From contig CBDCCZ010000032.1 in NCBI GenBank assembly GCA_965215005.1, positions 18,993 to 82,992 on the forward strand: a stretch of DNA of 64,000 bases. The letters run 5' to 3'. This stretch comes from Kofleriaceae bacterium. GTDB lineage: Bacteria; Myxococcota_A; Polyangia; Haliangiales; Haliangiaceae. Each line of letters starts with the position of its first letter. Positions within the stretch are counted from its first letter, which is position 1. Under the pieces are notes generated by a model. It had not been told where the DNA came from, ran no database searches, and worked only from the letters and a program-made list of their open reading frames with translations. Of this stretch, positions 40,242-50,308 are shown piece after piece. The position numbers were made by a program, and so were the translations under genes.

Positions 40242-41369
40242 TCAGCGAGCGCCCAATTGCACCCGCGAGCCGAGCTGCACCCGCGGACCGGCGCGCGTCA
40301 CCGCGAGCTTGATCGTCGGCCCCAGCTGAACGTCGAGCCGCCCCTCGTTGGCGACCAAGATCTCGCCGTCGATGGTGTAGAGCTGCTCCTCGCTGCTCAC
40401 GCACAGCGCGCGACCGGTGCGATTGACGTAGCGGCGATCGGTGGGATACGTGAACCGACTCTTGCTGGCCTCGGCCGACTTACCGACGCTGCGCAACGCG
40501 TTGATCGGCTGCGCTAGGCTCGTCCAGTCAAACGGTAGCCAGCCGCGAGCCAATAGCGGCAGCGCCGCCGACAGCTCCTTGGCGGTCACTGAGTACGCGA
40601 CGATGTGAAAGCTATCGCGGCGGCGACGCTCGGCGAACGGCTCGACCCCGGGGTTGATCTGTCCGGTGACGTTGGCGAACACCGCGGAGAAATCCTGATC
40701 GGGCAGCACCTCGTCGTCGATCGCGACCTCTGCGCGCATCCGCGCCACCAACTCGCCGACCGGCCTTGGCCATCCAGTCCACGACGCCAGCGCCGCTTTC
40801 GCAGCCATCTCGACCGCCGCGATCTTGCCCTTGCGGCCGCGCTCGTAGGCATCGAGCACGCGCACGATGGGCCCCATGCCGAAGGTGAAGCCGCGATGCA
40901 TCTGCGCGCCGTGTCGCACCTCCAGAAGCGGCACTTCGCGAAACAAGATATGGCCGGTTTGATACGCCTGGACCACGGCGCGGAAGTTTTCCGCCGGGGT
41001 TCCGCTGAGCCCGCACCAGCGCGCGGTGACGTTCATGGTGCCGCCGCCGATCAGTGCCATCTGCACGTTCTCGTGCGCGGCCGGCGTGAGCCGATCGAGG
41101 ATGCGCTGGATGGTGCCGTCGCCGCCGTAGATGCAGAGGAGCTTGGAGCCGCGCCCGAGCTCGGTGACCGCGGGGGCAATATCCTCGACCGAATCGGTGA
41201 CGATGCGCCGCACATACTTGGCCTCGGGCGAATCGAGAATGGCAGCCAGCTCTTTCCAGCGGCCCCCCGCGCGCGGGTTGCACAATAGGACGATGTCGCT
41301 GTCTGGCTTGATGCGGCGCTTGCGCGCGTGCCACGACGCGGCGGCTTCTTCAGAGTTGCGAATGGTCAC
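40242..41369 (-). CDS. diacylglycerol/lipid kinase family protein
   Basis: NPRAG, YGGDGT, GGTMN, YTIDGE. Confidence 0.85.
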   Translation of the reverse strand: MTIRNSEEAAASWHARKRRIKPDSDIVLLCNPRAGGRWKELAAILDSPEAKYVRRIVTDSVEDIAPAVTELGRGSKLLCIYGGDGTIQRILDRLTPAAHENVQMALIGGGTMNVTARWCGLSGTPAENFRAVVQAYQTGHILFREVPLLEVRHGAQMHRGFTFGMGPIVRVLDAYERGRKGKIAAVEMAAKAALASWTGWPRPVGELVARMRAEVAIDDEVLPDQDFSAVFANVTGQINPGVEPFAERRRRDSFHIVAYSVTAKELSAALPLLARGWLPFDWTSLAQPINALRSVGKSAEASKSRFTYPTDRRYVNRTGRALCVSSEEQLYTIDGEILVANEGRLDVQLGPTIKLAVTRAGPRVQLGSRVQLGAR

Positions 41370-41419
41370 GGAGTCGTCGTCATCCTAGAACCGGGCGCGG
41401 CCGCGGTCAAACTCAGCGC

Positions 41420-42601
41420 CTACCGGCACCGCGCTTCTTCAGGGTCGATATGACAGCGCAGGCACATGCGCCCGTTGCGCTGCTGCAACGCTTGGCAACG
41501 ACGACTTTGCGCCCACCCCGGCGGGTGCGGGTTCACGCGCAGGCCGCCGGGCTCGGCGCTATGACAGCGCACGCAAAACTGCTCGCGATGACACGAGGCG
41601 CACTGCGCGAGGTTTTGCTGGGCTGCGAACGCGTGATGCTCGGGCCCACGCCCCTCTTCGCTGGCCCAGCCGGGCGGGTGGAAACGCCGTTCTGGCAGCT
41701 CTGAGTCGAACTCCGAGCCCCCGCGCGGATCCGACGATACCCCGCTGCGGCTGTGACAGCCGGTGCAGAACGTCTGCAGGCGATGGCATGAGCTGCAATC
41801 GGGACTATTGCGCCGGGCTTCGACGGGGTGCAGCGTGAGGTAGTCGCCGAGGTGGAACTCCATCGGACGGATGACGCCATCATGGCACTCGAGGCACTCC
41901 GAGGTTCGATGGCAGGTGCTGCAGTACGTCTCGCTGTTCTGCGCCGCTGCTGCGTGATCGCGAGCGAACGTGAGGTCATGGGCATCGCCGCGCAAGCTCC
42001 CCGAGGGCGCGAGTGTTCCCGCGGCAAACGAGGTCTGCATGCGCCCCCCCGGCGCCGCGAGATGACAAACGGTGCACGCTGACGAGGCGCGCCGGCCATC
42101 ATGACATTGCAGGCAGCTGGCCATGGTTGGCAGCTGGGCGCGATCGGCGAGCTCTACACCCTGCGCTAGCAAATCGCCGTGACAACGCTGACACGAGATG
42201 CCGCGCGCGCGATGCGCGGCGTGATTGAATTTGAGATTGGGCACCGGCATACGCACCCGCGCCACCACTCCCACCGCGGGTTCGAATCCCGGGTGACACG
42301 CCACGCATTGCGCCGCTGGCGCCCCCGCGACCACCCGATGCGGCTCGCTGCGATCGATTGCATGGCAGCCGCGGCACGCGCGCTCCATCGGCAACAGGTT
42401 GTCCACCGCCGACCGCGAGGTAAGCGCTGCGGGATGACAGCGCTCGCACGTCACCTCCGCCATCGCCAGATGCTGGGCGTGAGAAAACTGCAGCGGCAGC
42501 TCTTGCCGCGGATAGATGACCGCGGATCGCTCCTCCCCCCACGCCATCGACACCGCCAACAGCGACGCCCCGAGCAGCAGCACTATGTCTCGCCTGGTCA
42601 A
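41420..42601 (-). CDS. exported multiheme c-type cytochrome (13 CxxCH)
   Basis: Signal peptide; CERCH, CRGCH, CVACH, CQRCH, CLQCH, CTVCH, CSTCH, CLECH, CSSCH, CTGCH, CASCH, CVRCH, CLRCH. Confidence 0.92.
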   Translation of the reverse strand: MTRRDIVLLLGASLLAVSMAWGEERSAVIYPRQELPLQFSHAQHLAMAEVTCERCHPAALTSRSAVDNLLPMERACRGCHAIDRSEPHRVVAGAPAAQCVACHPGFEPAVGVVARVRMPVPNLKFNHAAHRARGISCQRCHGDLLAQGVELADRAQLPTMASCLQCHDGRRASSACTVCHLAAPGGRMQTSFAAGTLAPSGSLRGDAHDLTFARDHAAAAQNSETYCSTCHRTSECLECHDGVIRPMEFHLGDYLTLHPVEARRNSPDCSSCHRLQTFCTGCHSRSGVSSDPRGGSEFDSELPERRFHPPGWASEEGRGPEHHAFAAQQNLAQCASCHREQFCVRCHSAEPGGLRVNPHPPGWAQSRRCQALQQRNGRMCLRCHIDPEEARCR

Positions 42602-42603
42602 CG

Positions 42604-44238
42604 TTACATCTCCGGTGTGAACGCCAGGTCCAAGACTCCGAGCAGCCGCAACTGGCTGTCGTAGAAGCGATTGTGATTCTCTTCGCCGACGAGGTGCAGG
42701 AGCACGCCGCGATTGAGCCGATAGCTCGCGCCCGCTTGCGCACCAAGACTGGTGAAGTCGGGCCCCTGCTGCAATGGGTCGCTCGAGCGAACCACCGACA
42801 GTCGACCCGACACGTTGGTGCGCTCGCTGAGCCGCCAGCGCCCGGTGGCGAAACCGCCGAGGCGCTGCCCGCCATAGCCATCGTCATAGAAGAGATCGAG
42901 GCGCGCGAGAAGCGCTTGGCTCGAGCGATAGCGCGCTCCGGCCATGGCGCCGCCGGCCACCGCTGCGAGCTCCGAGGGGGCCTCGCTGTCGTAGCGGCGC
43001 AGCCAGCCGCGCACGTAGCTGCTCCATCGCTCGCTCAGCGACACGTCATACGTGAGCCGAGCGTCGCGGTAGGCATTGGCGCTAAAGACGTTGAAGATCG
43101 AATCGCCGTCGAAGGTGGGGAAGTGATAGTAGAGCTCGGGTTCGAGCCGATGACGGCCGTAGCGCAGCGACGCGCCGGCGTGGGCTTCATCGATAACGCC
43201 GTGCAAGAGGCTGTAGCGCACGGCTGCGGAAGGCATCAGTTGCAGCCCGTCGCGGCGCCATTGCACGCGTGCGCTCGCCACCAGCCGCTCTTCGTTGACG
43301 CCCCAGTCGGGGGCTTGATCGTCTTCGTTGGGATAGAGGCCGACGTCGCGGGTTTCGAGGCGGAATGGTCCACCGATGACGCCGACGGTGGGCGACATCG
43401 AGCGGCGATACGCCAGCCGAGCCCATACCGGGCCCGTCTGATGGGTTTCGATCGCCGCACCAAAGGTCGGCATCCACTCATCGCGCTGCGGGCAACGCTC
43501 GAAGTCGTTTTCGAAGTCGCTGCCGGTGGTCGCTAGCGAGAGGTCAATGGGGCGCCAGGAGCCGGTGCCAGGAATCTGGCCTTCGACGTATTCTGCGCAC
43601 TCCGCACTGCCGGTGCCATCTGGCTCGAACGTCGCCGACGCCGCAATCGAAGCATCGCGGACCCGCAAGCCTGCAAAGGCTTCCACCGCGACATGCGCTG
43701 CGGCATGCACCCGCACCTTCACGCCGTCCATGCTCCACCAGTCCAACGTATCGATGCCGAGCTGACGGCCGACGTAGACGTCGATGGCGCCGCCGGCGAG
43801 CCCTTCGGCGGCGACGTAGCCATAGAGAACCTGCAGCTCGAGAGCAGTGCTATCGAGCTCGGGGATTCGGTCGAGCACATCGACGAGACGGCTGCCGACC
43901 ACCAATTCACCCGTGGTCCAGGCGCCAAAGTCGTGGTCGATTCGCATGTAGGTACTGAGGAAGTAGTGCGGCGCCCGCGGCGGCGGCACCTCGCGCAGCG
44001 TGCCGCGCGCCAACCGACCCGCTAGATCCCAGATATCGAGCTCTAGGGTTTGGGTGAAGCGCCGACGGGTCAACAACGCGTCGGGACCGAGAAGCCGAAT
44101 CGAGCGCAGCTCGCTGCCCTGCCCGATAGCGCGCGCGCGAACCTCGAACTCGTACGCGTCGCTCGAGCGGGCGCTGCACAGGCTAGCAACCGCGACGAGA
44201 ACGACCGCCGCCGACGCGACGCCGCGGCAGTAGGCCAT
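42604..44238 (-). CDS. putative outer-membrane beta-barrel protein
   Basis: Signal peptide; many alternating amphipathic strands with aromatic residues; ends LRLLGVLDLAFTPEM; stop 2 nt before the cytochrome start. Confidence 0.7.
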   Translation of the reverse strand: MAYCRGVASAAVVLVAVASLCSARSSDAYEFEVRARAIGQGSELRSIRLLGPDALLTRRRFTQTLELDIWDLAGRLARGTLREVPPPRAPHYFLSTYMRIDHDFGAWTTGELVVGSRLVDVLDRIPELDSTALELQVLYGYVAAEGLAGGAIDVYVGRQLGIDTLDWWSMDGVKVRVHAAAHVAVEAFAGLRVRDASIAASATFEPDGTGSAECAEYVEGQIPGTGSWRPIDLSLATTGSDFENDFERCPQRDEWMPTFGAAIETHQTGPVWARLAYRRSMSPTVGVIGGPFRLETRDVGLYPNEDDQAPDWGVNEERLVASARVQWRRDGLQLMPSAAVRYSLLHGVIDEAHAGASLRYGRHRLEPELYYHFPTFDGDSIFNVFSANAYRDARLTYDVSLSERWSSYVRGWLRRYDSEAPSELAAVAGGAMAGARYRSSQALLARLDLFYDDGYGGQRLGGFATGRWRLSERTNVSGRLSVVRSSDPLQQGPDFTSLGAQAGASYRLNRGVLLHLVGEENHNRFYDSQLRLLGVLDLAFTPEM

Positions 44239-44245
44239 CGCAGCG

Positions 44246-44275
44246 ACGCTATGCAACCGAGCGGCGAGCTGTCAA
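44246..44275 (-). promoter_or_regulatory. promoter of the barrel-cytochrome pair (leaderless type)
   Basis: TTGACA-N18-TAGCGT, 7 nt before ATG 44238. Confidence 0.7.
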
Positions 44276-44374
44276 GCAAGCGGCGCAGATCTCGCGCATG
44301 GCTGGCATACGCTCTGAGCGGCCGCTCTCCGCGTCACGACGCATGCGGCGCCGCGCATGCATTAGACTCGCGAA

Positions 44375-45142
44375 GTGCGAGTCCTTGCGATGACAGCCGC
44401 GGCGTTGGCGGCATGCTCGGCGCCGCGAGCACAATCGCCCATGGCTGGTACCGCGGCGACAACGCAGTTGCCGCGCGCTGCGACCGCTGCGACCGCGACG
44501 ACGATGGCGACGCCGGAGCAGCTAAGACAGTGGAGCGCGCGCGCCGCGGCCGGCGATCGCGACGCGGCGTGGCGGCTCCTGCATGCGCTGATCGACGTGT
44601 TCGATGCCGCGCGGTTTGCGCGGGACGACGAGGCGCTCGCGGTGCTTTGGAACGCGCTCGAGCTGGCGGAGTCTCCGCGCCGCGGCGCCGAGGCGACCGA
44701 GCTCGTAAGTCGGGCTTTGTTGAGTGAGGCGGATGCGCTGCTCGCCGGCGATCGGCTGCTTGCGGCCGCGCAGGACGCCCATGCGCTGCTCGCGATCGAT
44801 GCGGAGCCGCCCGTAACCATGGAACACGCACGAGGCGCGCTGGTAGTGATGCAGGCGATTGCCCGCGGAACCGGACCGCTTGCCGACAACGCCGCCCTTC
44901 GGCTCGCCGCATGGTGCGTGCGTGCCTTGGCAGACGCTGCCGCTTCGCAGCCAGCCGATCGGCACTACAAGCTCCTGCAGTGCGCCGCGGCCACCGGCGA
45001 TCCCGCGGTGTTGCTTGCGGATACGACGGAGCCCCCGAGCCGCGAGGCGCTTTTGGCTGCGGTGCGCGCACTGCTCGAGCGAGCCCAAGCCCGCGCCGCA
45101 ACCGCCGCCGCTGCAACCGCGCTCCTGCAGCTGGCGCGTTGA
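44375..45142 (+). CDS. helical hypothetical lipoprotein
   Basis: AAALAAC lipobox; TAGACT 6 nt before GTG. Confidence 0.6.
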   Translation: MRVLAMTAAALAACSAPRAQSPMAGTAATTQLPRAATAATATTMATPEQLRQWSARAAAGDRDAAWRLLHALIDVFDAARFARDDEALAVLWNALELAESPRRGAEATELVSRALLSEADALLAGDRLLAAAQDAHALLAIDAEPPVTMEHARGALVVMQAIARGTGPLADNAALRLAAWCVRALADAAASQPADRHYKLLQCAAATGDPAVLLADTTEPPSREALLAAVRALLERAQARAATAAAATALLQLAR

Positions 45143-45196
45143 CGGATCGCGCCGCGGCCCAGCTGCAGCGTGTGCCGCGCCCGCCAGGGCATGTCA

Positions 45197-47071
45197 TCAA
45201 CGCGTGGCGCCAACGAAGTCGACCGCGACCTCGGCGCCGCTGGGCCCTACAACACCCAGCCCGACCATACCAGGAGCAAGTGCGACGTTGGTGCAGGTCA
45301 GTATTTCGTCGCCGTCGACGTAACCGCGCACCCGAGCGCCGCGCCGCTCGACCGTCAACTCGACCGTCTCGAGCGCCGCCGCAGGCAGCACCGCCCCGGT
45401 GCAATCGGCGGCGATCGCGCGCCCATCGCGCAGCACAAACAGCGTCGCGGGCTGTCCTGGAAGGAGCACCAACGCGGCATAGTTAGTTGCGTCCACCACC
45501 GCGAGCAGCACCGCCACGCCGCCGCCGCGAGCCGTCAGACCCCGGACAGTGATGACGGCGTCAGCAAAGCGTGGCCCGGCCAGGAGCACCCATTCCCACG
45601 GCAGTGCGCCGCCGCGCCCGGAGGAGCGCAGCACCAACCGCTCCTCCTCGACCCGCACCGCGGCCGGATCGCGAGGAACCACAGCCTTGGCTAGCGCCAA
45701 ATCATTGAATGCCGCGACCGCTTCGCTGGCGAACGGGCCGGTGAGAGCCGGGCGAAAGCTCCAAGCGCGCGTCGTCGGGCTGCCATTTTCGTTGCCGCCA
45801 ACGATGAGCACGGTGCCGTCGCCCAGACGCACCGCCGCGTGCTCGCTGAGCGGCGGCGGCGGGGTCTCCAGGGCCAGGAATCTGGCCTCGAGCGGCTGAT
45901 AGAGCAACGCAGGCTGGTCACTACCGCCAATGAGCAGCGCCTGGCCATCTTCCAAGGCGGTGACGCTGGCGCCGGAGCGCTCACTGGCGAGGGAGAGAGC
46001 GGAAGCAGTGGCGCCACCGGCGGGCAAGAAAGCAGCACGCGTGCCCACGACCAGGGTTCCCGCGCCCTCGAGCACGGCGGCGGCGCCATCGAGCTCGAGC
46101 ATCTCGGTCGCTGCCCCGGCCGGAGCGAGCCGCTCCGCCGTGCGCAGCGGCTCACCAGCGAGCGTGTAGCCACCGATGACCAACACCGCTCCGGTAGGCT
46201 CCAGCACCGCCGTCGCACCGATCCGTGGCCGGCGCAGCGCCGGACCGGGACGCAGACCACCGCTGTCGGGATTCAAGAACACGCTCGAGGCGTAGGCGCC
46301 GGCGATACAGCTGCCGTCGGCGCCGAGCTCGGAGCAGCCGCCGATGAGCAGCAGCTCATCTTGGCCCCACGGCAGCGCCGCGTGATGAGCCCGCGGCTCA
46401 GCCAGAAATCCGGCTCGGCCAAACTCTGCCAGCGCCGGGTCGAATACCTGATATGCAGAGCGCTCGCCGCCGGCCACGACGACCCGGCCATCGCCAAGCG
46501 TGGTCATGCTCGCGCCGAGCAACCCGAGCGGCCCGGTTCCGTACAGCGACGTGGGCAGCACGCGGAACGCTGCGGTGCGCGGATCGTAAAGCTCAGCTCC
46601 TAACGCAGGGCCCTCGGCGTCACGGCCGCCGGCGACGAGGACGCCGGCGCCAGCGCGAGCCACGAGCGGCCGCGAGCGCGCCTGGTGCATCGGCCCTACC
46701 TCGCAGAACCCCAGGCTCGGCGCCATCAACACTGGCAGCTCCGCGCCCGCTTCGAGCTCGTCGAACGCAAACGTTGCGGTCTTGCCGATCACCCGGTCAC
46801 GGCCACCGACGACCTCGACCGCCAGCTGTCGGCTCTGCGCCGGAAACCGCTCCAGGGTCACCGCCTCGGCTTCTAAAGGCACGGTTTGAGCGAAGCGATC
46901 GGCGGCGGCAAACTCTCCAAGAGCGGTGATGACCAAGGTGCGACCGTCGGCGGCGGCGCCGCACGCTGGGTTGGCCCTTGGCACCACGCGCACCAGCGCT
47001 AGCTCGCGGGTCACGTCCGCGCTGCAGGCGCCCAGCAGTGCGGCGACCAAAGCGACCCAGAAGCGAGACAC
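45197..47071 (-). CDS. Kelch-repeat lipoprotein with a C-terminal beta-sandwich
   Basis: LLGAC lipobox; repeats such as TTLGDGRVVVAGG, ALEDGQALLIGG, RLGDGTVLIVGG; TATCAT 6 nt before GTG 47071. Confidence 0.8.
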   Translation of the reverse strand: MSRFWVALVAALLGACSADVTRELALVRVVPRANPACGAAADGRTLVITALGEFAAADRFAQTVPLEAEAVTLERFPAQSRQLAVEVVGGRDRVIGKTATFAFDELEAGAELPVLMAPSLGFCEVGPMHQARSRPLVARAGAGVLVAGGRDAEGPALGAELYDPRTAAFRVLPTSLYGTGPLGLLGASMTTLGDGRVVVAGGERSAYQVFDPALAEFGRAGFLAEPRAHHAALPWGQDELLLIGGCSELGADGSCIAGAYASSVFLNPDSGGLRPGPALRRPRIGATAVLEPTGAVLVIGGYTLAGEPLRTAERLAPAGAATEMLELDGAAAVLEGAGTLVVGTRAAFLPAGGATASALSLASERSGASVTALEDGQALLIGGSDQPALLYQPLEARFLALETPPPPLSEHAAVRLGDGTVLIVGGNENGSPTTRAWSFRPALTGPFASEAVAAFNDLALAKAVVPRDPAAVRVEEERLVLRSSGRGGALPWEWVLLAGPRFADAVITVRGLTARGGGVAVLLAVVDATNYAALVLLPGQPATLFVLRDGRAIAADCTGAVLPAAALETVELTVERRGARVRGYVDGDEILTCTNVALAPGMVGLGVVGPSGAEVAVDFVGATR

Positions 47072-47097
47072 GTGGCCATGATACACTCGGCAGTCGC

Positions 47098-48990
47098 ATG
47101 CACGAGCTGCCGACCACGTTCGGCAAGTACTTCTTGACCGAGAAGATCGCGACCGGTGGGATGGCCGAGATCTATCTCGCCAAGCTCTTGGGTCCGAGCG
47201 GGTTCGAGAAGCAGCTCATCATCAAGCAGATCCAGCCGCGACTCTCCAAGCAGCGGGCCTTCGTCGATTTGTTCGTCGCCGAGGCCAAAACGCTGGTTAG
47301 CCTCAGTCACGGCAACATCGTGCCGCTCTACGAGCTCGGCGTGGTCGAGGATACCTACTTCATCGCGATGGAGTACATCGACGGCCCCACGCTCGATCGG
47401 CTGATGCGGGCCCTAGCGGGCCGGCAGGAGCCGATGTCGCCAGCGATGGCAGCATTCATCGCCGGCGAGATCTTGAAAGGGCTCGACTACGCCCACCGCA
47501 AAGGCGAAGGCGTCGTTCACCGCGACTTATCGCCGCGCAACGTGATGGTCTCGCGAGACGGCGGGATCAAACTCGTCGACTTCGGCATTGCGATCGCCTT
47601 GGAGTCGCATACCCAGGAGCCGCGCTCCGGTCAGCCGATTGGCTCATTTCCGTACATGTCGCCGGAGCAAGCTCGTCATCAGCCACTCTCGCCAGCCAGC
47701 GATCTGTTCTCGCTTGGGGTGCTGCTGTGGGAAATGCTGGTGGGCCGCAGCCTGTTCGGCCGGCAGGAGCCGGAGGCAACGCTGCGCGCGGTTTGCGAAG
47801 CGCCCATCGTTCCGCCCTCGAGTGAGCGTCCCGATGTCCCTGCAGCGCTCGATGCGCTGTGCATGGACGCTCTTGAGCGTGACCCGGCGCGCCGCGCGGG
47901 GGAGGCGGCGCAGCTCCTCACCCGCCTGCAGCGTCACCTCTACGCCGCGCCCGAGCCGGTCACGCCGACGGCACTCGCGCAGCTGGTTGCGCGCGTATGT
48001 CCGCCCGAGCGCGCTCATGAAGTGCCGCACGTAGTAGCGTCGGCTGGCCCCTCGACTCGGCCGATCGAGCGGACGCGCCCGCTTCCGCGCGGCAAGTTGC
48101 GGGCTCCCACAGAGCGCTCGTTTGCCACCAATGCCGCGTTCGAGCAGGTGCTAGCGAATGCCACGCCGCTGCTGCCGTTTCCGGCGATCGACGACGCCGT
48201 CGCGTCGCTCGAGCCGGCTCGCATGGTGAGCGGCACGGCGCCTACCTCGCAGAATGCGCCTGCGCCGCCGCGGCAGGAAGCTGCGCAGGATGCCCGGTCC
48301 CGCGACGTTGACGATTCCTCCGAGCAGCTCGTGGTGCCGCGCCCTCGACACCAGGCTCATCGAGATTTTGCCCCGACGCCGCGCCATCCTTTCCACGCGC
48401 GGTCGACCAAGCGGGGAGTGAGGCGGCGCGCAGCGTTGGGTCTGGGCGGCGTGGCGCTCGCAGCCATCGCAGCAGCGGTGCTGGCTCTCACCAGTCAAAC
48501 ACCTCCGCAAGCATCGCGTGCCGCCTCCGCCGTTCCACCACCGACCACAGAGCCCCCCGCGCCTAACCTACAAACCGCGCCTAACCTACAAACCGCGCCT
48601 AACCTACAAACCGCGCCTAACCCACAATCCGCGCCCAATCCACAACCCGCGCCTAACCTACAAACCGCGCCTAACCCACAAACCGCGCCTAACCCACAGA
48701 CCGCGCCTAACCCACAACCCGCGCCTAACCCACAACCCGCGCCTTCGCCGCGCGCCGAGCCGACGCGCCGAGCCGGCACCTTGCGCGTCGGCGCCAACCC
48801 CTGGGGCGAGGTCTGGCTCGATGGTCGACGCCTCGGCCGCACGCCGGGCTCTTGGGCCGTTCCCGTCGGTTCTCACGCCGTCGAAGTGCGCTTCCCGGTC
48901 GCCGGCCGCGAGGCCACGCGCCGCTTTCGCATCGACGTCACCGCCGCGCAAACCACCAATCTCGGCGTCATCGACTTCACGCGTCCTTGA
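47098..48990 (+). CDS. Hanks-type Ser/Thr protein kinase with TM helix and PEGA-like C-terminus
   Basis: IATGGMAEIY, HRDLSPRN, DFGIA, YMSPEQ, SDLFSLG; ANPWGEVWLDG...GRTP. Confidence 0.93.
   Translation: MHELPTTFGKYFLTEKIATGGMAEIYLAKLLGPSGFEKQLIIKQIQPRLSKQRAFVDLFVAEAKTLVSLSHGNIVPLYELGVVEDTYFIAMEYIDGPTLDRLMRALAGRQEPMSPAMAAFIAGEILKGLDYAHRKGEGVVHRDLSPRNVMVSRDGGIKLVDFGIAIALESHTQEPRSGQPIGSFPYMSPEQARHQPLSPASDLFSLGVLLWEMLVGRSLFGRQEPEATLRAVCEAPIVPPSSERPDVPAALDALCMDALERDPARRAGEAAQLLTRLQRHLYAAPEPVTPTALAQLVARVCPPERAHEVPHVVASAGPSTRPIERTRPLPRGKLRAPTERSFATNAAFEQVLANATPLLPFPAIDDAVASLEPARMVSGTAPTSQNAPAPPRQEAAQDARSRDVDDSSEQLVVPRPRHQAHRDFAPTPRHPFHARSTKRGVRRRAALGLGGVALAAIAAAVLALTSQTPPQASRAASAVPPPTTEPPAPNLQTAPNLQTAPNLQTAPNPQSAPNPQPAPNLQTAPNPQTAPNPQTAPNPQPAPNPQPAPSPRAEPTRRAGTLRVGANPWGEVWLDGRRLGRTPGSWAVPVGSHAVEVRFPVAGREATRRFRIDVTAAQTTNLGVIDFTRP
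48559..48744. repeat. 18-bp in-frame tandem repeat, 10 copies
   Basis: GCGCCTAACC(T/C)ACAA(A/C)CC units encoding APN(L/P)Q(T/P/S). Confidence 0.95.
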
Positions 48991-48994
48991 CGCC

Positions 48995-50308
48995 TCAGCA
49001 GCTGCCGAAGTCGCATGGGTCGACGCGGATGACCGGTCGCTCGCGCTCGTCTCGCGCCCATATCAAAACACCTGCCACCGCGGCCGCCGTGGCCAGCCCG
49101 CCACCGATCCAAACCCAACGGTTGCGACACCATCGGCAGCCCCTGTTCACGCCGCGGGCTATCGCCGGACGCGGCTCGGCCTCGAGCACGCGGCGGTCCG
49201 CTGCTAGCAGCGTCGCAGCGCCCGGCTCGAGCATCGTCAGGCGCGCAAGCAACTCCACCGCTGCCGCCGGCAATGCACTTGCCCGTCCGAAGCGCAGCTC
49301 GACCACCGCGGTGCATCGCACCGGCGCCGCCTCGCATCGCTGCCCGAGCAGCGCCGGCTCACCGCTGCGCCATACGCTCGCCGCAAACACCAGCTCGTCG
49401 AGCTCGGCAAACACCATCGCCGCGTCCGCCGCCGCGCGCGACACCGCCAACCGCTCCGGTCCGCGGGTGGCCAGCGTTCCCGGGCGCCCCGTTGTCGTCG
49501 CGGGCTGCGTCCACGGTTGCGCCAAGGCTGCGCGGAGGCGGTCTTCTTCGAGCTCTATGACCAGCGCGGGAGTCGCTTCCGTGACCTCGAAGCTCAGCGC
49601 ACGCGGCGCATGTCCCGGAGCCCGTGCCACCGCCACGTGCCGCCCTTCCTCCAGCACAACCGTCGCCGGAGCCCGCTGCGGAGCCTGTCCATCGATCGCG
49701 ATCGTCGCCTGCGGCGCCGCCGCTGTGAGCCGCACCGGATGACTCACCGGCTGCCGCGCCTGCGCCTCAGCAAACGCCTGAGCAACATCGGGAGAAAATT
49801 CCTCGACCGGCACGCCGCGGTGCGGATCGAGGCGATGGCTGAGCCGCATCGCCGCCGCCGCCGCTTCCACCTGTCCCAAATGCGCCCGCACCGCGCCGAG
49901 CCGTAGCGCCAGGTCGGCGTAGAGCGCCGCGCCACCCGGCAGATCCAGCACCCGTTCGGCGATCGCGAGCGCGCCCTCGAGCTCGAGCGCGCCGCGTTCG
50001 CCCTCGACGCTCAAGTAGCTGCGCCAGCCCGCCTCACCGAGCTGCTCCGCCCGGCGGAACGCGGCGAGCCGGTCGCGCTCGATTGCTCCGGCCGCCACGG
50101 CACGAAGTGCCGCGCGCCGCACCTCCACCACGGGTGTTGCGCCGCGCTGGCGAATCGCTGCAACCAACGCGTTCTCTAGCAGCGGCGGCATCACCGGCGC
50201 CTCCGCTGTGCCCACGAGGATCACGCCGATTCGCTCCGCAGCAGCGTCGCGCACCCCGCCGAGAAGGGCGATTGAAACCGCCATCGCGACCATCCAGGTG
50301 CGGCTCAC
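48995..50308 (-). CDS. exported PEGA-domain protein with a C-terminal hydrophobic segment
   Basis: Signal peptide; ATIAIDG...GRHVAVARAPGH; WCRNRWVWIGGG; TAATCT 6 nt before GTG. Confidence 0.75.
   Translation of the reverse strand: MSRTWMVAMAVSIALLGGVRDAAAERIGVILVGTAEAPVMPPLLENALVAAIRQRGATPVVEVRRAALRAVAAGAIERDRLAAFRRAEQLGEAGWRSYLSVEGERGALELEGALAIAERVLDLPGGAALYADLALRLGAVRAHLGQVEAAAAAMRLSHRLDPHRGVPVEEFSPDVAQAFAEAQARQPVSHPVRLTAAAPQATIAIDGQAPQRAPATVVLEEGRHVAVARAPGHAPRALSFEVTEATPALVIELEEDRLRAALAQPWTQPATTTGRPGTLATRGPERLAVSRAAADAAMVFAELDELVFAASVWRSGEPALLGQRCEAAPVRCTAVVELRFGRASALPAAAVELLARLTMLEPGAATLLAADRRVLEAEPRPAIARGVNRGCRWCRNRWVWIGGGLATAAAVAGVLIWARDERERPVIRVDPCDFGSC

Noticed and set aside
44341..44360. 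Inverted repeat GCATGCG-N6-CGCATGC between divergent genes
   Set aside because: Short and GC-rich, plausible by chance; no second copy seen
48559..48744. 18-bp repeat as a CRISPR array or telomere-like tract (CCTAAC)
   Set aside because: No unique spacers, no cas genes, and it is in frame within a kinase linker
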